A stretch of DNA of 64,000 bases from an uncultured Gemmataceae bacterium (lineage in GTDB: Bacteria > Planctomycetota > Planctomycetia > Gemmatales > Gemmataceae): positions 800,001-864,000 of the forward strand of contig CAVVPN010000004.1 in assembly GCA_963750165.1 (NCBI GenBank), given 5' to 3'. The notes under the pieces were generated by a model. The model was not told where the DNA came from, did no database searches, and worked only from the letters and a program-made list of their open reading frames with translations. Both the position numbers and the translations under genes were made by a program. Positions 29,885 to 45,059 of this stretch are shown here, piece by piece (within the stretch, counting starts at the first letter, position 1; every line of letters begins with the position of its first letter).

Positions 29885-30766
29885 TCACTTCGCGGTGATC
29901 TTCCGTACCTGCAGCCAGGCGGCGCAGCGCTCCGGCCACGTCGCGAACGCCATGCCCGGTCGTCCCAGGCCCAACCCGTGCGGCCCCTGCTCGTAGACGT
30001 GCAGCTCGCACGGCACCTTCGCCTTGTGCAGCGCCTGGTAGAACAGCAGGCTGTTCTCCGGCGGCACACCCCGATCCTCGCTCGTGTGGACCAGGAACGT
30101 CGGCGGCGTTTGCGCTGTCACCTGCTTCTCGTTGCACAGGCTCTCCACCAGTTTCGCGTCCGGGTTGTTGCCGAGCAGGTTGTTGCGCGATCCCACATGG
30201 GCGAACGGCCCCGTCAGCGTGATGACCGGGTAGACCAGCACCGCGAAGTCCGGCCGGCTGCTCAATCGGTCAATCGGATCCTTCGCGTCCTTGTCACCGG
30301 CGTCGAAGTGCGTTGCCGCCGTCGAGGCCAGATGGCCGCCCGCCGAGAAGCCGAGAATGCCCACCCGATTCGGGTCGATGTGCCACTCCTTCGCCTTCCT
30401 GCGCACCGTGCGGATGGCCCGCTGCGCGTCCTGCAGCGGCGCCGGGTGGCGGTAACGCGGCGCGTGCCGGTACTTCAAAATGACGCCAGCCACACCCAGC
30501 GAGTTCAACCATTTGGCGACATCGTGTCCTTCGTGGTTCATGGCCAGGCCGCCGTAGCCGCCGCCGGGGCAGATGACGACAGCGGCGCCCGTCGCCCTGT
30601 CCGCCGGGGGCAGATACACCGTCAACTCGGGGGTGTCGGCCGGGCCCTTGCCGACCGCGCCGGGGGCGCCGTCCGGCCACAGGGTCATCGGTTTCGGCTG
30701 CTGGGCGGCAACCGTCGGCGGGGCGAACAGGCAGAGCGACAACAGCAGCCAGCGTGCGGCGGTCAT
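29885..30766 (-). CDS. Secreted alpha/beta hydrolase (carbohydrate esterase-like)
   Basis: CPGGGY, GFSAGGHLA, PPTFLVH..D..V, GPHGLG. Confidence 0.88.
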   Translation of the reverse strand: MTAARWLLLSLCLFAPPTVAAQQPKPMTLWPDGAPGAVGKGPADTPELTVYLPPADRATGAAVVICPGGGYGGLAMNHEGHDVAKWLNSLGVAGVILKYRHAPRYRHPAPLQDAQRAIRTVRRKAKEWHIDPNRVGILGFSAGGHLASTAATHFDAGDKDAKDPIDRLSSRPDFAVLVYPVITLTGPFAHVGSRNNLLGNNPDAKLVESLCNEKQVTAQTPPTFLVHTSEDRGVPPENSLLFYQALHKAKVPCELHVYEQGPHGLGLGRPGMAFATWPERCAAWLQVRKITAK

Positions 30767-30923
30767 GGGGGGGTTCTCCGGTGGCGGGTGCGGATGGTCG
30801 GACTGCTGACGATTGTATGCCGCGGTCCCCCAGCGCCAGCGCGCGGCGCAAAAATAAGGCCAGGTCGGCGCTGTCCCCCAACAGGCAACCGACCTGGCGG
30901 CGGCGGACGTGAGCCCGCCGCGA

Positions 30924-31169
30924 TTACTTCGCGTCCCGGATTTCCATGCCCGCCGGCGGTGCTGGCTCCGCGAAGTTCAGTTCCGCCCCCAGCCGCTGCG
31001 CCATCTCATGGGCGTTGGCCGGCGTGACCTGATCCGGCAGGACCGGCGGCGGCGCCGGCCGCACCGCGGCCTTCTGCACCCCATCGGACTTCAGCACCTG
31101 ATGGGCCTCCGGCATGCAGCCGGCACCCAGCAGGCCGAACAAGAAAGAAGCCAGCAACATCCGTTTCAT
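30924..31169 (-). CDS. Small hypothetical lipoprotein
   Basis: LLGAGC lipobox; GGAGG RBS; ATGA overlap with upstream gene. Confidence 0.6.
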   Translation of the reverse strand: MKRMLLASFLFGLLGAGCMPEAHQVLKSDGVQKAAVRPAPPPVLPDQVTPANAHEMAQRLGAELNFAEPAPPAGMEIRDAK

Positions 31170-31672
31170 CGACGGTCCTCCCGGGTCGGGGCCTGGCTCA
31201 CGGCGCTGCCGGACGGACGGCCCGCCGTGCCCGCGGTCAGCCGGCCGGCAGCGTCGCCAGGGCTCAGGCGGCCGGCCAGCGCCGCGTCGTCCGCGCTTAG
31301 CGGCAGCTGGGCGATGCGCTGCTGCAAGATGGCCTTCGCCTGCTCCCGCAACTGCTCCGCGCGGTGTTCCAGTTCGCCGTCCTGAGTGGCCTGGGCGATT
31401 TCGAGGAGTTTGTCACATACTTCCAACCGCCGCAGGTACGCCGCGGTTTCCTGTTTGAGCAGCAGCGCGTTATCGACCGGCGGCGCCTTGACCACAACCT
31501 TCGGCGCCGTCTTGGGCGGCACTGGCCGGTTGAACGGCCACAGGTTGGTGAACCAGTTTCCCTTACTTTGCTCCTTGGCCGGGCTCGCCGGCGGCGTCTC
31601 CTGGGCGGCGGCGACGGCACTGAGGCCGGCCAGGAGCGCCAGGGACAACGCCCAGGGTGCGCGGTGACACAT
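31166..31672 (-). CDS. Hypothetical secreted protein
   Basis: GGAGG RBS, signal peptide, AYLRRLEVCDKLLEIA helical region. Confidence 0.65.
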   Translation of the reverse strand: MCHRAPWALSLALLAGLSAVAAAQETPPASPAKEQSKGNWFTNLWPFNRPVPPKTAPKVVVKAPPVDNALLLKQETAAYLRRLEVCDKLLEIAQATQDGELEHRAEQLREQAKAILQQRIAQLPLSADDAALAGRLSPGDAAGRLTAGTAGRPSGSAVSQAPTREDRR

Positions 31673-31853
31673 GACTGCCTCCCGAAAGCCGCGGCCGACG
31701 GGCGTTCCCGGGCCAGGGCTCGTTCGCGTTGGTGGTGATTGAGAGGTGGTCGTATGCCAGAAAGCGGCCTGGCTGTAAAGGGCAATTTCTGGCCCGCCGC
31801 GCTGCCGCCGCATACAACCAACCGCAAGAACCCGTTTGCCAAAGGAGCATCCG

Positions 31854-32756
31854 ATGAAACTGCGCCTGACCCTGGTCCTGCTGTGCTGTGCCACAGCCAC
31901 CGCCGCCCACGCCCAGCCACCCGACGCGGCCCGCAAGGGCACCATCGCCTACGTCCAGAAGTTGCAGCAGAAGAACGGCGCGTTCCTGGCGGCCGAGCCC
32001 GACCCCAAAAGCAACCAGGCCGTGCTGCCAACGCTGCGGGCCACCTCCAGCGCCATCCGCGCCCTGAAGTACCTGGGCGGCGAACTACCCAACAAGGAGG
32101 GCTGCAAGAAGTTCGTGGCCAGTTGCTTCGACAAAACGACCGGCGGCTTCGCGGACCTGCCGGGCAAGCAACCGAACGTGTTCACCACCGCCGTCGGCCT
32201 GATGGCGGTCGCGGAGCTGGGCATGCCCGCCGAGCCCTACCACGCCGCCGCGGTCAAGTACCTGGCGGACCACGTCAAGACCTTCGATGACGTGCGCATC
32301 GCCGTCGCCGGCCTGGAGCGCATCAAGGCCAAGGCGCCGAAGGCCGCCGCGTGGTCGGCCCTGGTCGAGGAGGAGGGCAACAAGAAGACGACGGAGGGCG
32401 GCCTCGCCCGGGAAGTCGCCAGCTATGCGGTGTCGAAGTTGCGCCTCGGGGAGGCCCTCAACAACTTCGCGGAGGTTCTGAAGCGCGTGAAGGCCGACCA
32501 GCGCAACAGCGGCGGGTTTGGCAAGGGCGGCGCGGATAAGGCCGACCTGGAGAGCAGTTACCGCGTCATGCGCCTGTTCATGATGCTCAAGAAGGCGCCG
32601 GCCGACGTGGAAGGGCTGCGCTCGTTTGTGGCCAAGTGCCGCAACGAGGACGGCGGCTACGGCATCGCGCCGGGCGAGCCGTCGAGCATCGGCGCGACGT
32701 ACTTCGCGGTCATCGTTACGCACTGGCTCGACGAGGCGGAGAAGCGCGAAAAATAA
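31854..32756 (+). CDS. Prenyltransferase/squalene-oxidase repeat protein
   Basis: Signal peptide; repeated Q..GGF, CRNEDGGYG, TYFA motifs. Confidence 0.8.
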   Translation: MKLRLTLVLLCCATATAAHAQPPDAARKGTIAYVQKLQQKNGAFLAAEPDPKSNQAVLPTLRATSSAIRALKYLGGELPNKEGCKKFVASCFDKTTGGFADLPGKQPNVFTTAVGLMAVAELGMPAEPYHAAAVKYLADHVKTFDDVRIAVAGLERIKAKAPKAAAWSALVEEEGNKKTTEGGLAREVASYAVSKLRLGEALNNFAEVLKRVKADQRNSGGFGKGGADKADLESSYRVMRLFMMLKKAPADVEGLRSFVAKCRNEDGGYGIAPGEPSSIGATYFAVIVTHWLDEAEKREK

Positions 32757-32832
32757 GCGTGTGGACCGGAACGCAGTGGGGCGGGGCGAGAATGGTCACT
32801 CACCCCGCCCCACTGCGTGCTTGGCGTTGGCC

Positions 32833-33216
32833 TCACCGCCCCATCCCGACCAACGGCACCAGGCGAACCCCCCCGGTCGGCGCCGGCTGCACCGAGAAGA
32901 ACAGCGTCTGGTTCGGGTTGAAGACGGGCACCACTTCCCGATCCAGCAGGCGCTGGAAGCCGTCCACGATCACGATGACGCGGTTGCCGGGCGGCACGTA
33001 GAGGTCGTTGAAGGTCTGACCGGGGGCCAGCTGGATGGTCGGGCCCTTACGGATCATGCCGTTAATGATGGTCGTACCCTGGATGATGATGGGTAACTTC
33101 GTGTCGTTGCGGAACACAAGGGTGGCGGCGTTAGCGACGCACGGCACCGCCGCGAACAGCACCAGGGCGAGGACGCTCGCGCCGATCCTGAGCAGAGTGT
33201 TCCGTTGGTCGTTCAT
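32833..33216 (-). CDS. Hypothetical secreted beta-rich protein
   Basis: Signal peptide (ANA|A), 127 aa. Confidence 0.6.
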   Translation of the reverse strand: MNDQRNTLLRIGASVLALVLFAAVPCVANAATLVFRNDTKLPIIIQGTTIINGMIRKGPTIQLAPGQTFNDLYVPPGNRVIVIVDGFQRLLDREVVPVFNPNQTLFFSVQPAPTGGVRLVPLVGMGR

Positions 33217-33533
33217 GACACACCTGATGGCCTGGGCCCTCGATCCACGGCAACTACTTGCCGGTCAAGGGGTTTGGTTATTTGTGTTTGTGAAATCCGA
33301 GCGCGGGGAGGTTCGCTCCACCAGAAGAACGCCTCGATTCGGAAAACTTGCGCCGCCCCGCTGTCTTTTTGTGGATCGTGCGGCGGATCTGCTTCCCGCC
33401 AACTGCGAGTCAGTCGGTGTCTCTTCCAAGAATGGTGCCATTCTACTCCGGCAACCGTCCAGAAGTCGATAAAAAGACTGGGGCGCGCATATTTTTAATC
33501 AAAATGCGCTCGCTCCTGGGATATTTCCAGTGT

Positions 33534-33835
33534 TCAAGCGATCAGAGAAGCAACCGTGAGGGTTGCCACGGAGTTGCCGTCAAGCACGAGCGACAGGGTG
33601 CCACCAGGAGGATGAGTTTGAACCGCGCCGTAATCCGGATTCGGAGTCGGACCGGACGGTTGTGTGGACACTTCAACACGTCGATCAACGAGGTTGACGA
33701 TCCAGTAACACGGAATGCCGGCCCGGGCGTAGATGCGCGTCTTGTCGCGCTGGTCGCGCAGCAACGACGAGTCCGCCACCTCGATGAGCAGGCCAACATC
33801 CGCCGCCGCTGGGTGGCGCGTTTCGTAGTCCGCTT
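33534..33835 (-). pseudogene. 5'-truncated Uma2-family endonuclease
   Basis: RHP..DVGLLIEVADSSL.RD..K.RIYARAGIP.YWIVNL; frame closed by TGA just upstream and N-terminal half absent. Confidence 0.75.
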
Positions 33836-33881
33836 GCGTTCATTACTCTCGGTGCCACTTGATTACTCCTTGGCTTCGTCC

Positions 33882-35255
<1,374 letters not shown>

Positions 35256-35280
35256 GATGTTGCCCCGTGGTTTCCCTGCT

Positions 35281-36488
<1,208 letters not shown>

Positions 36489-36514
36489 CTGCCAGCTTCC
36501 CGGAAGAATGGAAT

Positions 36515-36582
36515 CCACAGATGACACAGGCAAAGACAAAACCCATCTGGTTTTTATCTGTGTTCATCTGCGTCATCTGTGG
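36515..36582. repeat. CACAGATGA-family inverted repeat
   Basis: ccacagatgac ... gtcatctgtgg with internal atctgtgttcatctgcgtc. Confidence 0.75.
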
Positions 36583-36593
36583 GGCGTTTTTTT

Positions 36594-37195
36594 CTAGGAT
36601 AGCAAACTTGGGTTGAGAACCCGCATAGAATAGTAGTGGGGAGAAAGAGGCGGGCGCCGTGGCACGGACACATTGCCGGCCTCGTCCCACTCAGGTCAAG
36701 ACCCTCACGCCTGTCGTTACTCGCTGTCCGGAGTGCGGCCACTTCCTCTGGGTAACCAACGCCAGACACCGCACCGTCACTACACTCAACGCCGTCACCC
36801 GGCTCACCCTGCGCATTCGCCGTTGCCCCAACCCCGACTGCGCGCGCTACCACCAGCCATTTCGGCCTGAAGCTGAGTCCCTCCTGGCCCTGCCGCATCA
36901 TGAGTTCGGCCTCAATGTCCTGGCCTTGGTCGGACGTCTCCGCCACGCCGAGCATCGCCGTGTCCCGAGCTCCACCAGCAGTTGACGCGCCGCGGCGTTG
37001 CCATCGCCGAGCGCTCCGTCAGCAACCTCCTGGACCGCTACGATGAACTGCGCGCCCTGGCCACGGCTGACCGCGAGCGGTTGCATTCCCTCGTACACAA
37101 GCAGGGTCGCGTCGTGTTGGCCATCGACGGCCTGGCCCCGACATCGGCCACGAGGTCTTGTGGGGGCTACGGGACTGCCTTTCCGGCGAGATCCT
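36594..37195 (+). mobile_element. Truncated, frameshifted IS transposase remnant (ISNCY-like), CDS from 36659
   Basis: CPEC...RRCPNPDC zinc finger, LALPHHEFGL, ERSVSNLLDRYDEL, VVLAIDGL.PD.GHEVLW..RDCLSGEIL; candidate left end ctaggatagcaaacttgg; catalytic domain incomplete. Confidence 0.75.
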
Positions 37196-37353
37196 GTTCC
37201 TGCGGCCGGTGGAACTGGGTAAATCCGTCACGCTGCCGCTGTGTCGCGACAAGCACGGCACGCTGCGCAACTGGCTGGAGGTGACCGTGACCGAGTTGCC
37301 AGCCGCGCCCCCGCCGTTGCCCACGTCGCCGTGACGCTGATCATTGGAGCCAT

Positions 37354-37428
37354 CGGGCTTTCTCTGCCCTCGTTTAGTTTCGCGCGGATCGAGCCCGCGC
37401 GAAATTAAACGAGGGCAGAGGAAGCCCG
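37354..37428. repeat. Long imperfect palindrome / probable terminator after Uma2 gene
   Basis: cgggctttctctgccctcgtttagtttcgcgcgg / ccgcgcgaaattaaacgagggcagaggaagcccg. Confidence 0.75.
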
Positions 37429-37434
37429 CCGCTC

Positions 37435-38082
37435 TTAACCCTGCCGGTCCAGTTCGCCGAATAACTGTTGCAGTGGCAGCGTGAACCCCGGCAGCGCGGC
37501 GCCGCCGTCCAGCGTGTCGGTCTGTCCAAGATTCGTGACATCGGTGGGCGAGGTGTAGACCGCGACCGTTCGCACTTCCGGCTCGATTTCCCAGACCAGG
37601 CGCACGCCGGCAGCGAAATAGTCCTGGCGCTTCGCGGCCATCTCGGCGGCGGTGTTGCTCTCGCTCAGGACTTCCACCACGAGATCTGGTACGATTTGCG
37701 GCACCGGCTCCGCAGGTCGCCGCCGACCGGGAAGTCGGTCCCAACTGGTGAAGGCAGCGTCCGGGATGCGCACCAGGGCCGGAAACAGCTCGATCGTGGT
37801 GGATTCCCCGGTCACGAACCCCAGGTTGCGGGGCAAGACAAATTCATTGAGTGACCAAATCAGGAAAGCGGACAGGATCGATTCTGAATACCCCGCGGTT
37901 TTCTCCACCAGAAAGCCGTCGATCAACTCACACAGCCGCCCCTCCCGCGCTTCGATGTCGATCACATCTTGCACGGTCGCCGTCCCAGGGAGGGGGTGCA
38001 AGCGAATGCGCTCGCCCAGCACTCCCCAGAGGCGTTTTTGCAGATCAGCCACCGTCCGCATCCGCATCGCCGCTGTTGCCAT
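37435..38082 (-). CDS. Uma2-family (DUF820) endonuclease
   Basis: CELIDGFLVEK, VRIPDAAF, PDLVVEVLSESNT, YFAAGVRLVW, LPGFTLPL. Confidence 0.9.
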   Translation of the reverse strand: MATAAMRMRTVADLQKRLWGVLGERIRLHPLPGTATVQDVIDIEAREGRLCELIDGFLVEKTAGYSESILSAFLIWSLNEFVLPRNLGFVTGESTTIELFPALVRIPDAAFTSWDRLPGRRRPAEPVPQIVPDLVVEVLSESNTAAEMAAKRQDYFAAGVRLVWEIEPEVRTVAVYTSPTDVTNLGQTDTLDGGAALPGFTLPLQQLFGELDRQG

Positions 38083-38116
38083 CGGATTTCCCTCCTTCAC
38101 CAATTGCCCGCGCCGC

Positions 38117-40897
<2,781 letters not shown>

Positions 40898-41073
40898 GGG
40901 GGAATCCTCGCCTGGTTCGAGGGCGATTTCGGGCCGCATTTTCTGCGGAAAAGATCGACTTTTTACTGGGTTTATTCTACCAGAACGGGGGGGCGTTCAC
41001 CACCCACGTTGGGCCGTTTTGGCTGGCGTCGGCGATGCTGTGCTCGCTGGCGTAACACCTGAACTGTCAGCAG

Positions 41074-41289
41074 CTAGCGCGGTTCGCAGTTGTGTGGCCC
41101 ACGAACGGCAGGCCAGTGCTCCCGAGCCGTCCTGCAAACTGCGCGAGCCGCTCCCAGGCTCGAATCTCGACGTGTGAAAAAGTTGGCCCCCTTGGCCCCC
41201 TTGGCCCCCTTGCTGTGGCAGCGCGGGCCGCTGGAGGTCAGCCCGTGCCAGCCGCCACGTGTGCGCAAACCGTGCGTGAACCGCTCCAG
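41074..41289 (+). mobile_element. MITE-like element with one internal unit
   Basis: Imperfect TIRs ctagcgcggttcgc / gtgaaccgctccag; atctcgacgtgtgaaaaag(ttggccccc)x3 ttgctgtggca. Confidence 0.75.
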
Positions 41290-41395
41290 TGACGATGCAA
41301 ATGGGACGGTTGCGGCCTGAGAGCCTGACTGGTACTATTCGTACCCAAACGTCGGACGGAATCGGCTACAATGGGGGATGAACTGGAGGTGAGCC

Positions 41396-41647
41396 ATGAC
41401 CAAGACGTTGATCGAAATCACGGACCTGCCGGGGCGCTTCGCGGAGGCGCTGCAGCGGCTGGTCCGGGGCGAAGAGGTGGTCATCACCGAGAATCAGGTG
41501 CCGCGGGCGAAGCTGATCATTACGCCGAGCGCAAGCCCGCCGCCGGACGGCAAACCGCGTGTCCTCGGCCTGAACGCCGGACAGATTTGGATGAGCGACG
41601 ACTTCGACGACCCGCTCCCGGATGAGTTCTGGTTGGGGGAGTCATGA
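41396..41647 (+). CDS. Antitoxin, Phd/YefM-like (VapB)
   Basis: GGAGGT RBS; GEEVVIT...PRAKL...R.LG...GQIWMSDDFDDPLPDEFW; ATGA overlap with toxin. Confidence 0.85.
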   Translation: MTKTLIEITDLPGRFAEALQRLVRGEEVVITENQVPRAKLIITPSASPPPDGKPRVLGLNAGQIWMSDDFDDPLPDEFWLGES

Positions 41648-42027
41648 ATTTGTTGCTCGACACGCACGCCTTCATCTGGGCCGCGTCGGATCCGAACCGA
41701 CTGTCCCCCGCCGCCCGGGTTGCGTGCCAGGACCCGGCGAACACGCTGTGGTTGAGCGTCGTGAGCGTCTGGGAGATGTAAATCAAGGCGATGCTGGGCA
41801 AGCTGAGTTTCACGACTTCCCTACCGCAGTTGCTCGCGGAGCAGGAAGCGAAAGGACTTCGACTCTTACCGATAGCACTCAACCACATCTGGGAGTTGGC
41901 GAACCTGCCGCCGGCGCACAAGGATCCGTTCGACCGCATGCTGATCGCCCAGGCGATTGTCGAAGGTTCCACGCTGGTTAGCGCGGACGCAATCTTCCAG
42001 CAATACCCCGTGACCATCCTCTGGTAG
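41644..42027 (+). pseudogene. vapC: VapC/PIN toxin with in-frame TAA at 41779-41781
   Basis: MNLLLDTHAFIW...SVVSVWEM*IKAMLGKL...HKDPFDRMLIAQA..E..TLVSAD. Confidence 0.85.
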
Positions 42028-42030
42028 CCG

Positions 42031-43200
42031 TCACTCCAGCCAGCTGTACGGATACTTCGGGTCGTCCAGGTCAATCGCCTGCTGCGTGAGCAACAGCGGC
42101 TTGTGCGTATCGACCATGACGGCCAGTTCGTCGGTGCGCGTCATGGGCCGGCTGGCGACAATGGTGCCGGGGTGCGGCCCGTGTGGGATGCCGCGCGGGT
42201 GCAGCGTGAACGACGCCTCCTCGACGCCGCGCCGGCTGCCAAACTTGCCGCGCACGTAATACAGCACCTCATCGGCACCGACGTTGGAGTGCGCGTAGGG
42301 CACCTTGACCGCCTCGGGGTGCGTGTCGAGCAGGCGCGGGGCGAAGGTGCAGAGGACGTAGCCGTGCGCCTCGAAGGTCTGCTGCACGGGCGGCGGTTGG
42401 TGGACGGTGCCGGTGATCGGCTCGAAGTCGTCGGCGTTGAAAGTGAACGGATAAACCATGCCGTCCCAGCCGATCACGTCGAACGGGTGGCTCGCCAGTG
42501 TGTAGCGCGTCAGGCGCTGACCGTCCTTGATGAGCACGGTCGTTTCCTGCTCGCGGTCGATGGTGCCGAGCTGTTCGGGGCCGTGCAGGTCGCGCTCGTA
42601 GTAGGGGGCGCCGAGCTTCAACTGGCCGTCGGGGTTGAGGTAGCGCTCGGGGATGTGGATGTCGCCGGCCGATTCGATGACGAGCAGGTCGGGCTGCGCG
42701 CCGGCGTCGAATTCGACGCGGTAGGTGGTGCAGCGCGGGATGACGACATAATCGAAGGGCCGGAACGGCAGCGGGCCGAACAGGGTGTGCAGCGTGCCAC
42801 TGCCGTGGTGGACGAAGAGGATTTCGTCGGCGTCGGCGTTGCGGTACAGTTCGGCCTGGCGCTGGGCGGGGCGGCAGCGCAACAACGTCACGTCGGCGTT
42901 GGTCAGCAGTGGCACGCGGCCGAGCACCGGGTCGCCGCTCGGCTTCATCGCGCCGGACTTCAGGTGATGGTGCCGCAGAGCGGGCTGCTCGACGACGTTC
43001 ATCTCGACGGTGCCGGCGGGCTCGACTTTCGTGACGCGGGTCGGCGGTCGCAGGTGGTAGACGATGCTGTAGGCGCGGCCGAAGCCGGCGGTGGTCACGA
43101 CTTCTTCGTAGTAGATGCCCTCGTTGCGGTAGCCGGGGGCCTGCGGGTGGTTGATGTGCCGCTTGCGCGGGACGGAACCAAGTTTGCGATAGAACGGCAT
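42031..43200 (-). CDS. hmgA: Homogentisate 1,2-dioxygenase
   Basis: YRNADADE, HPFDVIGWDG, HQPPPV, PYAHSN...DEVLYY, TLHPRGIPHGPHPG, ELAVMVDT. Confidence 0.9.
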   Translation of the reverse strand: MPFYRKLGSVPRKRHINHPQAPGYRNEGIYYEEVVTTAGFGRAYSIVYHLRPPTRVTKVEPAGTVEMNVVEQPALRHHHLKSGAMKPSGDPVLGRVPLLTNADVTLLRCRPAQRQAELYRNADADEILFVHHGSGTLHTLFGPLPFRPFDYVVIPRCTTYRVEFDAGAQPDLLVIESAGDIHIPERYLNPDGQLKLGAPYYERDLHGPEQLGTIDREQETTVLIKDGQRLTRYTLASHPFDVIGWDGMVYPFTFNADDFEPITGTVHQPPPVQQTFEAHGYVLCTFAPRLLDTHPEAVKVPYAHSNVGADEVLYYVRGKFGSRRGVEEASFTLHPRGIPHGPHPGTIVASRPMTRTDELAVMVDTHKPLLLTQQAIDLDDPKYPYSWLE

Positions 43201-43220
43201 GATGCACCTCCCGGCGGCCC

Positions 43221-43424
43221 TCACAAAGGGAAATTCGGGCAGGACTCGCAGACCACGGCAATTTCCTCAACGGTTCGCCCGGTTTCGCCTTGCACTTCCA
43301 GCAGGATACCCGGCTTGAAAAACCCTAGCCTCTGGTAATTGACATCAAGGCAGTAACCGACTGCAATGTCGCGCCCGAGTAGCGGGCACAAGCAACATTG
43401 GTCCCCAGGGCCCGGGAGGTGCAT
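43221..43424 (-). CDS. Small Cys-rich hypothetical protein
   Basis: 67 aa; CPLL..I..GYC and C-terminal CESCP; follows 43437..44276 by 12 bp. Confidence 0.45.
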   Translation of the reverse strand: MHLPGPGDQCCLCPLLGRDIAVGYCLDVNYQRLGFFKPGILLEVQGETGRTVEEIAVVCESCPNFPL

Positions 43425-43436
43425 CTGTCTGCGCCT

Positions 43437-44276
43437 TTACACGGTGTAGCACCCCGGCCCCGCCGCGTTGGGGTCGAGGCTGAACTCCACCACCGCCACC
43501 TGCCCCGTCGAGCGCTGCCGCACATGGACTTCCACTGCGCCTTTGGCACAGCGCCGGGGCGGCTCCAGGGCCAGCATCATCGTGCTCGTACCGCGGACCT
43601 CCAGCCACTGCTTCTGCGCCACGGCCGTCCCGCCGCGCAGGTCCACCAGGGAGGCCGCCCGGTCCATGCAAAACAGGGCGGTGTTCCACGTCACCCCGAC
43701 CCCGTGTAACTCGAAAGCGTAGGCGTCGTGACCGGAGCCGACGACGAACATCGCCAGGTTAACGCGCCCCGGGTAGACGCGCAGTGCCTGAGCCAGGTGG
43801 CGCTCCACCGGCCGACTGCTCAGGAAGATGTTCAGGTTGCCGGCCCAGTGCGGGTTGGGCCGCCCCAGCAGGTCGAGCAGGTCGGCGGGCAGCGGCGCGG
43901 CGGCGGTGCGGTCGCGGCGATTCGGGTCGTCGTCATTGGCCAGCGCCGTCAGCAGGCGCTGCGGCGGCACGCGGCTGGCATCGCCCAGCACCGCCGGCGC
44001 CACCCGGCGGGCGTCCGCGCTGACCACGTATTCCTCGTCCGGCTCCAGGGCCGGCACGGCGACAACCGTCAGCGGTCGCCAGGCCACGAACGCCCCGAGC
44101 GGCGCGGCTTGCAGCAGCGCGGTCGTTGCCCGTGACCGCTGGCGGCCGCGGTTGCGCACCCGAATGCGGACAGCGACCTGGTGGTCGGCCAGGGTGGAGA
44201 AGGTGATGTCTTCGCGTTCGACGTGCAGCGTCGCCAGCGTATCCAGCTGAACCTGCGGCCTCAAAACGGCGGTCAT
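43437..44276 (-). CDS. Hypothetical protein (Ig-like N-terminal region)
   Basis: AGGAGG RBS, 279-aa ORF, VRIRVRNRG...VPALEP. Confidence 0.65.
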   Translation of the reverse strand: MTAVLRPQVQLDTLATLHVEREDITFSTLADHQVAVRIRVRNRGRQRSRATTALLQAAPLGAFVAWRPLTVVAVPALEPDEEYVVSADARRVAPAVLGDASRVPPQRLLTALANDDDPNRRDRTAAAPLPADLLDLLGRPNPHWAGNLNIFLSSRPVERHLAQALRVYPGRVNLAMFVVGSGHDAYAFELHGVGVTWNTALFCMDRAASLVDLRGGTAVAQKQWLEVRGTSTMMLALEPPRRCAKGAVEVHVRQRSTGQVAVVEFSLDPNAAGPGCYTV

Positions 44277-44462
44277 GCAAGGGCCTCCTGGAAAGACAAC
44301 CGAATGGTTGGGGAGAACTGTCCTCTTTTGACTGTATCACCCGGCCGCAGGGACACCAAGGGGATTTGGCTCCGCGCGCCGACCGCGGGTGTGCGTCCGT
44401 TACTTGGGTGGGAAATGGTTGCGTCGCGCCAGAGGCTGAACGGCGGCCGGAAATGCACCCCG

Positions 44463-45059
44463 TTAGTCGGAAAGCCCCTCCGTGAACCAGGGCAGCAGTC
44501 TCCCGAGTGACTCCATCGGCAGCCCGATCACATTGCTGACGCTGCCCGCCGTCACGCGCACAAACGGGTCATCCTGCTCCAGCACGGCGTACGCTCCCGA
44601 GCAGCCGCGCCAGGTGCGCGTCGCCAGGTACCCATCCAGTTCCGCGTCGCTCAGTTGCCGGAAGTGAACACGGCTGCACTCCTGCCAGGCGAGTTGCACA
44701 TCGTCTGGCCGTCGCCACAAGACCACGCCCGTCCACAGTTCGTGCTCGCGGCCGCCCAGCAGACGCAGGATCCGCCGCGCGTCCGCCTCGTCGTCCGGTT
44801 TGCCGATCACCTGGCCGTCGATCCAGCCCACCGTGTCCGCCGCCAGCACCAGGCCATCAGCCACCCGCGGCGCCACCGCCGCCGCCTTCGACCACGTCAC
44901 CTCCTGCACAAACCGCCGAATTTCCGTCACACCGGCCCCGGTCGGCTCGTCCACGTTGGCCGGCTGCACCGTGAACCGATAGCCCGCCCGCTCCAGCAGT
45001 TCGCGCCGCGCCGGCGAGCCGCTGGCCAGCGTCAGGCGGATTGTTTTCGCGCTTCCCAT
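44463..45059 (-). CDS. maf: Maf-family nucleoside triphosphate pyrophosphatase
   Basis: LASGSPARRELL, LAADTV, IGKP, GAYA, GSVSNVIGLP. Confidence 0.92.
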   Translation of the reverse strand: MGSAKTIRLTLASGSPARRELLERAGYRFTVQPANVDEPTGAGVTEIRRFVQEVTWSKAAAVAPRVADGLVLAADTVGWIDGQVIGKPDDEADARRILRLLGGREHELWTGVVLWRRPDDVQLAWQECSRVHFRQLSDAELDGYLATRTWRGCSGAYAVLEQDDPFVRVTAGSVSNVIGLPMESLGRLLPWFTEGLSD

